In this document: positions 9,912-18,217 of the stretch, piece after piece
Numbering within the stretch: the stretch's first letter is position 1
Layout of the letters: each line of letters begins with the position of its first letter
Assembly: GCA_963699755.1 (NCBI GenBank)
Contig: CAVOVB010000002.1
Location: 576,001-640,000, forward strand
DNA: 64,000 bases
Direction: 5' to 3'
From: an uncultured delta proteobacterium
GTDB lineage: Bacteria > Myxococcota_A > Polyangia > Polyangiales > Houyiibacteriaceae
Program-made: the position numbers and the translations under genes
The notes under the pieces: generated by a model
Told to the model about the DNA's origin: nothing
The model's input: only the letters and a program-made list of their open reading frames with translations
The model's database searches: none

Positions 9912-10784
9912 ATGAGCGCGCTGGTTCTCGTGGGGGACCCCGATCCCTTCAACCTGCGTTTGCTGCACGAAGCGTGCGAGGCCGCAGGCTATGATGTCGT
10001 GACTGCAGCGGATGGGCCCGAGGTGCTCGCGATGGTCGCGCGCCGGCCTCCGGACCTGCTCATGCTGGACGCGAAGATGTCTGAAATCGATGCGTTCGAG
10101 ATCCTTCGCATTCTCAAAGCCGACACCAGCCTCGTGCGTATTCCGGTTTTGCTCGTGACGGACGAAGGAGACCTCGAGGCGCGTCGTCGCGGAATCGAGC
10201 TAGGCGCTGAGGACTACCTGACGCGCCCGTACCGGGTGTTCGAGATTCAGCAACGCGTGCGCAACGTCTTGCGCGCGACTAGACGCGACCGCCTTGGTAT
10301 TCCAGAGAGCACGCCTCCGGCCGACCAGCGTGACCCGGTCACGGGCGCCGGAACCCCGTCGCAGCTCCTGATCAGCTTGGACTACGAGCACACCCGGGCA
10401 GAGCGCTACGGGCATCCCCTGAGTTGCATCGTCGTGAGGGTCGCCAACGCCACTGAGATCGCAGCTGCAAGCGATGACGGCACTGCGGATCGCGCGATGG
10501 CCCTGATCGGCAGCGGGCTCAGGTCGTGTATTCGCGCCGTCGATCATCTCTTTCGTTTGCGACGCGACGAGTTTTGCATTCTTCTACCCGAAACCGACGG
10601 CGACGGCGCAGGCTACGTGCTTCGGCGCCTGGAAGGCCAGATCGAAAGCGGAGCGCTCTGGGGCGGGGACATCACGCCGAGGCCAGAGATACAGATCGGG
10701 CTCACGAGCACACCGGAATCGAGCGTCAAGAGCGGCGACGACCTCCTGAAGCAAACCCGGCATTCGCTCTCGCGCAACGCGTAG
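9912..10784 (+). CDS. Receiver domain plus degenerate GGDEF domain protein
   Basis: REC motifs PDLLMLDAKM and GAEDYLTRPY. DPVTG...ERYGHPLS, and LFRLRRDEFCILLP where GGDEF is expected. Confidence 0.8.
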   Translation: MSALVLVGDPDPFNLRLLHEACEAAGYDVVTAADGPEVLAMVARRPPDLLMLDAKMSEIDAFEILRILKADTSLVRIPVLLVTDEGDLEARRRGIELGAEDYLTRPYRVFEIQQRVRNVLRATRRDRLGIPESTPPADQRDPVTGAGTPSQLLISLDYEHTRAERYGHPLSCIVVRVANATEIAAASDDGTADRAMALIGSGLRSCIRAVDHLFRLRRDEFCILLPETDGDGAGYVLRRLEGQIESGALWGGDITPRPEIQIGLTSTPESSVKSGDDLLKQTRHSLSRNA

Positions 10785-10791
10785 AGCATGA

Positions 10792-11235
10792 CTAGAGCGC
10801 AACGGCGAAGCGTGCGACCCAGACCACCACGGCACAGCCGGCAAGCGCGAGCGCCCAGCGGTTCAGTTCGAAGCGCTGGACGACTTCGTCGAGCGACCAG
10901 CCGCGCAGGGCAGCGGCTGCTCCGAGCGGAACGCAGGCGCAGACGACGAGGAACAAGGCCAAACCGAGTGGATTTGCGCTTGCCGCCATCGACCATTGAC
11001 CGCGGATGCCATGCGCAAACGCGGTCGTCAGTCCGCATCCGGGGCACGGCGAGCCGGTGAGTGAGAGAAAGCCGCAGGGGGGCAGGCCAAGCTGGGTGTG
11101 CGTGCCGTAGCCTCGAGCATCGGGCTCGATCGCCGCGGCCACTGCCAACAGCAGGATCGATCCGGAAACGATGCTCCACCACAACAACTGCTGCAGAAGC
11201 CGCACCGAAGCGTCGTTATCGCGGGTCTCGGTCAT
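10792..11235 (-). CDS. DUF2752-family membrane protein
   Basis: GTHTQLGLPPCGFLSLTGSPCPGCGLTTAF...ANPLG motif with TM helices. Confidence 0.8.
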   Translation of the reverse strand: MTETRDNDASVRLLQQLLWWSIVSGSILLLAVAAAIEPDARGYGTHTQLGLPPCGFLSLTGSPCPGCGLTTAFAHGIRGQWSMAASANPLGLALFLVVCACVPLGAAAALRGWSLDEVVQRFELNRWALALAGCAVVVWVARFAVAL

Positions 11236-11767
11236 TGCTGGGCTCGCGCCAGTCTGGGTTGCGTTGGAGCTCTCCGTCAAGTGTCGCGATGCAGGGCAGC
11301 TCGCAACAGAGCTCGCCGATCGCCTCATGCACCTCCCGGCCGATGGGATTGTCATTGCCCGCCGCGAAGTCCGCGTAGTGAGCGTGGAGGCACTTCACAC
11401 CAGCTGACGAGCCTCCGACCCCCCCAGAGGTCCGATTGCGCGCATCGGCAGGGAGCAGCGCGTCGCGTTCGCGCGCGTAGCGCTGCTGGGCAGCCATGAG
11501 GGCGCGGCGCAACTCGGGGTCGGCGTCGATCTTGGCTTGTGCGGCGCGAACCCCGCCCTGCCCTTCGAGCCGCGCGATTCGACGGCACGCCAGAGGACAG
11601 GTGAGCCAATAGCGTGTGGGAAAGGGCTCGCCGGAATCGAGAATCGGAGGGACCTCTGCAACGACGGGCAAACCGAGACTACAGCTCCGCAGAACGAGCG
11701 ATGCCGCGCGCAAAGGTCGCCCGATTTGGAGGGAGAGCACAGCGCTATCGCGTTCGCCCGTCCTCAT
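11216..11767 (-). CDS. DUF501-family protein
   Basis: QIGR, GEPFPTRYWLTCP, IARLE, GGVGG, VKCLHAHYA, NPIG. ATGA overlap with the upstream gene. Confidence 0.85.
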   Translation of the reverse strand: MRTGERDSAVLSLQIGRPLRAASLVLRSCSLGLPVVAEVPPILDSGEPFPTRYWLTCPLACRRIARLEGQGGVRAAQAKIDADPELRRALMAAQQRYARERDALLPADARNRTSGGVGGSSAGVKCLHAHYADFAAGNDNPIGREVHEAIGELCCELPCIATLDGELQRNPDWREPSNDRDPR

Positions 11768-12801
11768 GAGGCGCGCATGCGGTCCTTGACCTCGGTCCAG
11801 AAATCGGACTCGCCGACGAGCTCGAGCATCATCACGGCTTCGGCCGCAGCGCGATCCGCCCTTGCCCCCGCATCTCGCAGGCGCCCACAGATGTCCTCCG
11901 CGACCGTGAGCCTCGTGGCGAGCTCGGTGCGCGCCAGGGCGAAGTCGTACTCCTCGGCCCACTTGAGCGACCAGACCTCGTCGGCGATCCAATCACCGAA
12001 AACCTGGCGGCTCGTGCGCACCTTGGGCGACCGGGCCTCGGCGCGATCGAACGCGGCGCGCCAGGGGCGCCCCGGCGGCCTTGGGCTTCGGCCGTTCTGA
12101 AGGGTTGCGATCGTGTCCCCGACCCAGGCCATGGCGACGCCAAACTGCGCGCCGTCGCGTGCGTCGATGAACTCCTGGGCTTGCTTCGCCCAAGTGCTGC
12201 CGCGAAGCTTCGGGAAAGGCTTGGCGTCCAGGATGGCAAGCAAGGGCTCACGGCTTTGAAGTCGCTTGAGGTATTCGGCTTCGATCGGCTCCCAATCGGA
12301 GAAGCTGAGGGCTTCGTTGCGGCGCAGGGGGATACGCTTGATGCGTCGATCAGCGATCGGCCGGCTGCCACCGTCGGATACCGAGGGCTCGACGTCTTCA
12401 GGGCGAATCTCCGGGCGCTCACCCATCGTGCGACAGGGGCAACGATGGTCGGTCGTGATTCGGCCGCCCACCGGCGTCGCGGTCAGCCCCAGCGGAAAGC
12501 GTCGGCAGCCATCGGGCTTGGCCTGGGGGCCGAGCTTGGCGTGTACCGAGCAACGCTGATCAGGCATCAAGAACAGGCAGCCTCCATCGGCCGCCGTATT
12601 GAGCATGTAGTCGTCCTGATCGTCGTTCCATCCTGCTGAAGCGCGATCGATGCGGCGCATGGCTGCAACCTCCTTCTTGGTGAGGGGCCCGATGGCGTGG
12701 ATGTCGGTGCAGCAGAGGCCGTCGCCGAAGCAGGTGTACCGCGCACCCGGACGAGGTAGAAGCGGTCGCACCTTGGTCTTTTTCTTTTTGTTTCCAGCCA
12801 T
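11764..12801 (-). CDS. YkgJ/CxxCxxCC-like cysteine-cluster protein (paralog 2)
   Basis: YTCFGDGLCC...CLFL...CSVH...KPDGCRRFP. Confidence 0.72.
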   Translation of the reverse strand: MAGNKKKKTKVRPLLPRPGARYTCFGDGLCCTDIHAIGPLTKKEVAAMRRIDRASAGWNDDQDDYMLNTAADGGCLFLMPDQRCSVHAKLGPQAKPDGCRRFPLGLTATPVGGRITTDHRCPCRTMGERPEIRPEDVEPSVSDGGSRPIADRRIKRIPLRRNEALSFSDWEPIEAEYLKRLQSREPLLAILDAKPFPKLRGSTWAKQAQEFIDARDGAQFGVAMAWVGDTIATLQNGRSPRPPGRPWRAAFDRAEARSPKVRTSRQVFGDWIADEVWSLKWAEEYDFALARTELATRLTVAEDICGRLRDAGARADRAAAEAVMMLELVGESDFWTEVKDRMRAS

Positions 12802-12831
12802 GAATTCGCGCGGGCTTCCTTCATCCGAGGG

Positions 12832-12852
12832 AAAAGGGGACTGCCCCCTTTT
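12832..12852. repeat. Short perfect inverted repeat between divergent genes
   Basis: AAAAGGGG-ACTGC-CCCCTTTT. Confidence 0.7.
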
Positions 12853-12871
12853 TCTGGGATATCATTTCGAG

Positions 12872-13393
12872 ATGAGAGCGAGTCCTTCACCGCTCGTGGG
12901 TTACAACACGAACGTGCGCCATAAGGGAAAGCTGTACCACATTCAAACCGAAGATTCGGGTGTGACACGGCCTCACGTCATCACGCAGCTTTTCGCCGAT
13001 GGCGGTCGCATCGTCGCATCGGAGAAGACTTCGTACCAGGAGCACGTCGAGTCGGAGCATCTCCCGGAGATCGTGAAACAGCTCATGCGCGAGCAACACA
13101 AGCGTGTGTTCATTGGATTGCGCGACGGCGTCTACGACGAGAAAGCTCCCTCCCGCACCGACGGCAGGGGCGAGGCAGCTCCCGCTGAGGTGAGCACCGA
13201 AGTGCTCGAGCACGCCGCGGCCCGCCTCGTCGAAGGGTCGCCACAGTATGAGCAGTTTCGCCCGAGCAGCGCGTCCGGCCAACGGATCTCGCGCGCACCG
13301 GCCGCTCCGTTCGGACACGAGCTCCTGAGCGAAAAGACGCTCGATGAAGTCATTCTGGCCTATCTCGCGCAGGACCTCGGAACAGGCACCTGA
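12872..13393 (+). CDS. Hypothetical protein of a type I recall as conserved in myxobacteria/deltaproteobacteria
   Basis: GYNTNVRHKGKLYHIQTEDSG...PHVITQLF N-terminal domain and C-terminal EKTLDEVILAYL motif. Confidence 0.7.
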   Translation: MRASPSPLVGYNTNVRHKGKLYHIQTEDSGVTRPHVITQLFADGGRIVASEKTSYQEHVESEHLPEIVKQLMREQHKRVFIGLRDGVYDEKAPSRTDGRGEAAPAEVSTEVLEHAAARLVEGSPQYEQFRPSSASGQRISRAPAAPFGHELLSEKTLDEVILAYLAQDLGTGT

Positions 13394-13404
13394 GATACCT
13401 CGGC

Positions 13405-13433
13405 TTGACACTCTTCGGGACGCGTTGTTAGCT
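13405..13433 (+). promoter_or_regulatory. Possible sigma70-type promoter for the SCP2 gene
   Basis: Perfect TTGACA at 13405 followed by a TGTTAGCT -10-like element. Confidence 0.4.
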
Positions 13434-13470
13434 CCTCGCCCGACGGAAGATCCGTGCGTGGCGGTCTACG

Positions 13471-13794
13471 ATGCCCGACGCAAGAACCTCATTCACCCAG
13501 AACATTCCGCGCTCGATCGAAAGCGACCTCGAGAAGGCCAAAGCCGTCGATGCGATCTTTTTATTCAGGCTCAATGGCGAGGGCGGCGGGGTCTGGACCG
13601 TCAACATGAAAGACGCGCCAGGGGTCACGGAGGGTGATTTGGGTAACGCCGAGTGCACGATCGAGCTCTCCACCGAGGACTGGAAGGCAATGACCGAGAA
13701 GCCTGGAACGGCGATGCAGTTCTTCATGCAGGGAAAGATCAAGCTCACGGGCAACGCTCTGCTCGCCACCAAGCTCCAGTCCGTGATCGGCTAG
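13471..13794 (+). CDS. SCP2 sterol/lipid-binding domain protein
   Basis: GEGGGVWTV...AECTIELS...MQFFMQGKIKLTGN...ATKL. Confidence 0.88.
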   Translation: MPDARTSFTQNIPRSIESDLEKAKAVDAIFLFRLNGEGGGVWTVNMKDAPGVTEGDLGNAECTIELSTEDWKAMTEKPGTAMQFFMQGKIKLTGNALLATKLQSVIG

Positions 13795-13808
13795 CTGGTC
13801 TGGCAGCC

Positions 13809-14102
13809 ATGACCGCTCTGAAAGACCGCCTCTTCGAGCTTCTCCAGGACCCGCGCGTCAGCAGACTGATGCGGGAACCGAAGGTTCAGCAGGTCGTGGT
13901 GAAGGCGTTTCGGCTCCGCGGTCGGGCGGAAGGGGCATTGGAACGGCGAGCTCAACGAATCGCGGGCATGCTGAACCTCGCAACCCAGCGAGATCTGCGA
14001 TCGCTTCATCGACGGATTCGGCATCTCGAACAAGAGCTGCGCGAGGCGCAGGAACGAATCATCGAAGCCGAAGGTGCTCGAGAAGCTCCGGCCCATAGTT
14101 GA
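13809..14102 (+). CDS. Hypothetical coiled-coil protein (phasin/PhaE-like C-terminus)
   Basis: LNLATQRDLRSLHRRIRHLE segment; follows the SCP2 gene by 14 nt. Confidence 0.55.
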   Translation: MTALKDRLFELLQDPRVSRLMREPKVQQVVVKAFRLRGRAEGALERRAQRIAGMLNLATQRDLRSLHRRIRHLEQELREAQERIIEAEGAREAPAHS

Positions 14103-14556
14103 TCCCGAAATAGAACAGGGCGACGAACGGCACGATGATGCTGAGGATTGCCAAGCTCACCCCCAAGACGGCGATCGCGTAGTCCCAGGCCGTCGCCTTC
14201 GACTCGGGAGCTTCGTATTGGCGAATCAGCTCGAGGTTTCGCCGGTTCGATTTGTAGGCGAGGTCGAAAATGTCGCCCACGACTGGCAGCGCACCGGCAA
14301 GCACGTCCACCAAGATGTTCAGAACCATTCGAAGCAGGACCACGCGGGGTACCCCGCGCCGCAGCGCCAACGCCAGGAGACCGATCGATCCCACGCCGGA
14401 GACCGCATCACCAAGACCGGGAAACAGAATTCCGATGATCGGATCCAACCCAAATCGGACATCAGTGCCCGGAATGCGGAACCGGTCGTCGAGCAGCGCG
14501 ACGAGATACTCAGCCCAGCGTCTCAGCGTCGAAACTGAACGTTCCGGATCGACCAT
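14059..14556 (-). CDS. DUF4112-family membrane protein
   Basis: LLDDRFRIPGTDVRFGLDPIIG...PVVGDIFDLAYKSNRRN. Confidence 0.88.
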   Translation of the reverse strand: MVDPERSVSTLRRWAEYLVALLDDRFRIPGTDVRFGLDPIIGILFPGLGDAVSGVGSIGLLALALRRGVPRVVLLRMVLNILVDVLAGALPVVGDIFDLAYKSNRRNLELIRQYEAPESKATAWDYAIAVLGVSLAILSIIVPFVALFYFGINYGPELLEHLRLR

Positions 14557-14576
14557 GCCCGCACTGTAGGGCGCTG

Positions 14577-15896
14577 TCAGTCGTCCGCCAGGACCTGCTC
14601 GCCGCAGACTTCGGCGATGACTGTTCGTAGTCGCTCCCGCAAGTTAGAGCCTTTTTCGACGAAGTGATGAATGCCCAGCTGGTGAAGCAGCTGGACATCG
14701 TGCTCCTGCGCACCTGCACTGACGGAGATGATCGAGCAACTCTGCGCAAGCCCGTCGCCTCGAAGCTGCATGCAAAGCTCGACTCCATTCATGCGAGGCA
14801 TGTGCAAATCGAGCAGCATGACGTCGGGCTCTTGCTTTTGGACTTCGCTCAGGGCCTCTTCGCCGTCATGAGCAACTCGGATGTCCGTCGGTCCGAGAAT
14901 TTGCCTCACGTAAAACGCGAGAATCTTTGCGAGGTCCACATCGTCATCGACGATCAATACCGAGGGCGACTTGCTCTGGTTCTCTTTCGGATTCTCGCTG
15001 CGTGGTCGTTGATCGCGAACAGCACGCAACTGCCAAGCGACTGCCTCAGCGCTTTGGTTGCGCAGCTGCGGGTTCGGACTGAGCATTTCGTGGACGAGCT
15101 GACATAGAGCCAACGGGCAGTCGGGCCGGAGCTCTGCGAGAGCCCGGGGGTGCCCGCGCTCGTGTGACGCGATCACCTCACGAATGGTCACGCCCGCATA
15201 GGGCCGGGATTCCGTGAGCAACTCGTACGCCAGCACGCCCAGAGCAAAAATATCGACCAGATGACCACTCCCCGTCGTGGCTGTGTTCAGCAGAGCCTCC
15301 GGCGCCATGTAAGGCGGAGAGCCGGCAACTCGCTGTTTCCCGTTGACGTCGAACTCGGGCAGGACGAGCCCGAAGTCCATCAACACGACACGATGCACCG
15401 GAGTGAGCATGATGTTGTCGGGCTTGATATCTCGATGAACGAGCCCGGCACGGTGGACGACGCTCAGACCTTCCGCGGCCGGTAGCAGAATCTGCACGAC
15501 CTCGGACGGGCTGAACGGATCGCCGCTTCCCCAGCGCGTTTCGGCATGCTTGGTGAGGGACACGCCGTAGACCCGCTCCATCACCAGGTAGTCAATTCCG
15601 CGGTGCTCCCCCAGAGTGTGAACACTGACCAAGCTCGGATGCTGGAACGCAGCCAATGCCCGGGCTTCGTTTCTGAGCGGCGGGGTCAACGGATTCGGCC
15701 AGGCGGCCTTGATCGCGACCTTCCGATTGAGCAGATGGTCGTGGGCTTCGAAAACCTGCCCCATCCCACCCCTGCCAAGGAGCTTGACGATCTCATAGAC
15801 GCCAGCGAGAAGCTCACCGGTGGCGAAAATGCGGTTCTCGCTCTCCTCCTGTGGCTCGCCCGAAACGAATGCTTGTCCACCCCCGAGATCGCGCAT
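14577..15896 (-). CDS. Ser/Thr protein kinase fused to a C-terminal receiver domain
   Basis: GRGGMG, VAIK, HRDIKPDN, DFG, YMAPE, then VLIVDDD...LLDLHMP...FVEK. Confidence 0.9.
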   Translation of the reverse strand: MRDLGGGQAFVSGEPQEESENRIFATGELLAGVYEIVKLLGRGGMGQVFEAHDHLLNRKVAIKAAWPNPLTPPLRNEARALAAFQHPSLVSVHTLGEHRGIDYLVMERVYGVSLTKHAETRWGSGDPFSPSEVVQILLPAAEGLSVVHRAGLVHRDIKPDNIMLTPVHRVVLMDFGLVLPEFDVNGKQRVAGSPPYMAPEALLNTATTGSGHLVDIFALGVLAYELLTESRPYAGVTIREVIASHERGHPRALAELRPDCPLALCQLVHEMLSPNPQLRNQSAEAVAWQLRAVRDQRPRSENPKENQSKSPSVLIVDDDVDLAKILAFYVRQILGPTDIRVAHDGEEALSEVQKQEPDVMLLDLHMPRMNGVELCMQLRGDGLAQSCSIISVSAGAQEHDVQLLHQLGIHHFVEKGSNLRERLRTVIAEVCGEQVLADD

Positions 15897-15940
15897 ATCA
15901 GTATTTTTATACTATCACGCTGTGACTGTAAGAAACAAGC

Positions 15941-16747
15941 TCAGAGGTCGATTACCTGGATATCCAGACCATCCAGGGGTCTGCCTAGGAATCGAGACGC
16001 AGCAGCCGCAAATTGGCCTGGCAAATCGGTGACCAGGATTTTCAGGGAGCCGGCGGGCCGATCGGAGGAGCGGTCGGGGGTGAGCATCTCGGTCAGGGCT
16101 GCCGCGGTCGCCTCGGCGCTGTCCACGATGGCGACCTCATGGCCCAGCAGCTCCGCCGCGACCTCGTGGATCGTCTCGGAGAGCAAGGGGTAGTGCGTGC
16201 AGCCGAGCACGATCGTATCGACATCGACGTCGACCAGCGGTTGGAGATAGCGCCGGGCCGCGAGCCTAGGCACCTCGCCCGCTACCCAGCCTTCCTCCGC
16301 CAGCGGCACGAGCAAAGGAGCCGGCCGAGCGAACACGCTCATCTCCGGGTTTTCGCTGTGAATTGCGCGTTCGTATGCTCCTGAGGTCACCGTACCCGCA
16401 GTGGCGAGAACTCCAATGCGGCCGCTACGAGTGGCTTGCACCCCGGCACGACCGCCGGGTTGGATGACGCCAATCACTGGAATCTGGAGGCGGGCTTGGA
16501 GCTCGCCGAGCGCGACGCCACTCACGGTGTTGCAGGCGACGACCAAGAGCTTGATGTCGAAGCTCAACAGGTGCTCCGCACAGGCAATCGCATATCGGAC
16601 CACCGTTTTCGCACTGCGCGTTCCATAAGGAACCCTCGCCGTGTCGCCGAGGTAGACCAGATTCTCGGCCGGAAATGCCGCAGCAATGGCCCGGACGACA
16701 GTAAGGCCGCCCAGGCCCGAATCGAAAATGCCAATCGGCTTTGCCAC
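15941..16747 (-). CDS. murI: Glutamate racemase
   Basis: IGIFDSGLGGL, GDTARVPYG, ACNT, LGCTHYP. Confidence 0.95.
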   Translation of the reverse strand: MAKPIGIFDSGLGGLTVVRAIAAAFPAENLVYLGDTARVPYGTRSAKTVVRYAIACAEHLLSFDIKLLVVACNTVSGVALGELQARLQIPVIGVIQPGGRAGVQATRSGRIGVLATAGTVTSGAYERAIHSENPEMSVFARPAPLLVPLAEEGWVAGEVPRLAARRYLQPLVDVDVDTIVLGCTHYPLLSETIHEVAAELLGHEVAIVDSAEATAAALTEMLTPDRSSDRPAGSLKILVTDLPGQFAAAASRFLGRPLDGLDIQVIDL

Positions 16748-16825
16748 GTGCCCCGTCCGGGCCAAGGTTACACGCCCTCCCCGAAAGAGCCACAGCAGAC
16801 TCGTCTCTGGTAGGGTGCAAACGAG

Positions 16826-18214
16826 ATGCCCGCATTGGCACTGATTTCGAGAGATCCCGACGTCCACCAAGAGCTCCTCGCTACGCTCGATGGGACAGCA
16901 TGGTCGGTCGAGTGGCTCGGACCCGAGGTGGTGGGCGATTCGGAGCTGCATCAGGAAGTCGTGGCGCTGGATGCGGCGCACCCCGCCGCGCTGTCCTGGG
17001 AACCAACGCGGGGAAAGCCCGTGCTTCTGGTCGTGGACGGCGAGTATCCCGCCGCTTTGGACGAGCTCGCTAGCGATCTGGTTTTCCGGCCGACACTTCG
17101 AGAGCGACTGCTCGTCCGGCTCGAACGACTGCGAGCTCGCGGGCCGATCGACGATTTACGGCGCCAGTACGCCAAGACCTTCGCGTCGATGGCCGTCGGC
17201 ACCGTCGTGCTTGGCCCTGACCTCGAGATCCTGATCGCCAACCCTCGTTCCTACGAAATCGTCGGCCACCGCGAGGAAACGATGACGTCCACGGACATCG
17301 GGGAGATGTTGTCTGCACGAGACCTTCCCCGCATTCGAGAAGCGCTGTCACAAGGGCAATACCCGCGCGGGATGGACATCCATCTCGTCCGGCGAGATGG
17401 TACCGGAATCATCTGCAACGCCTCGTTTGCTCCTTTGATTGGGGCAGAGGATCACACCGTGGTCTCTTTCGAAGACGTCAGCCATCAACGACAGAGCGAG
17501 TATGAGCTTATCAAAACGATGGAGTTTCTGGAATCTTTGATCGACGCTAGCGTGGATGCGATCATCGCGACCGACATGGAACAACGAGTGCGCGTGTTCA
17601 ATGCAAGCGCGTCGCGAATCACTGGGCATCACGTATCGGACGTGATTGGGGCGGTGACGCTCGAAGATCTTCTCGGACGAGCGACAGCCGAGCTCGTCGC
17701 GCAACGCCTGCACTCCCTAGAGCACGGAGGACCAGGCCGGCTCGAACCCACCATGCTGGATCTACTGGACATCCATGGGGCGCGGATTCCGGTTCAGCTT
17801 TCGGGTTCGCTGATCTACGAACTGGGCAAGCCCTCTGCCTTCGTCCTCATCTTCGCCGATCTTCGGGACAGAATGCGAGTCGAGGAGCGGTTGGCCGAAG
17901 CGCAGAAGAAGTTGGCCTTCACCGAAAAGCAAGGTGTCCTTGCCGAGCTGGCGGGAACAGCGGCGCACGAGCTCAACCAGCCCCTGACCAGTATGATGGC
18001 CTATGCGGAGCTTCTGCTGCGCCAATCCGAACCGGACTCCAACGGAGCCAAAGCCGCGCGGGTGCTGATCCGCGAAGCAGAACGAATGGCTGAAATCGTC
18101 CGCAAAATCGGAAAGATCACCCGGTACGAAACCACCTCGTACGTCGGCCATCAGAAGATTTTTGATTTGGATCGCGCCGCCGATGCGTCGAGTGAGCCGG
18201 AGGCAAAGGGCTGA
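16826..18214 (+). CDS. PAS-PAS-HisKA protein without an HATPase domain
   Basis: Two PAS-like repeats and H-box AAHELNQPLT. The protein ends about 80 aa later with no N/G boxes. Confidence 0.82.
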   Translation: MPALALISRDPDVHQELLATLDGTAWSVEWLGPEVVGDSELHQEVVALDAAHPAALSWEPTRGKPVLLVVDGEYPAALDELASDLVFRPTLRERLLVRLERLRARGPIDDLRRQYAKTFASMAVGTVVLGPDLEILIANPRSYEIVGHREETMTSTDIGEMLSARDLPRIREALSQGQYPRGMDIHLVRRDGTGIICNASFAPLIGAEDHTVVSFEDVSHQRQSEYELIKTMEFLESLIDASVDAIIATDMEQRVRVFNASASRITGHHVSDVIGAVTLEDLLGRATAELVAQRLHSLEHGGPGRLEPTMLDLLDIHGARIPVQLSGSLIYELGKPSAFVLIFADLRDRMRVEERLAEAQKKLAFTEKQGVLAELAGTAAHELNQPLTSMMAYAELLLRQSEPDSNGAKAARVLIREAERMAEIVRKIGKITRYETTSYVGHQKIFDLDRAADASSEPEAKG

Positions 18215-18217
18215 GCG

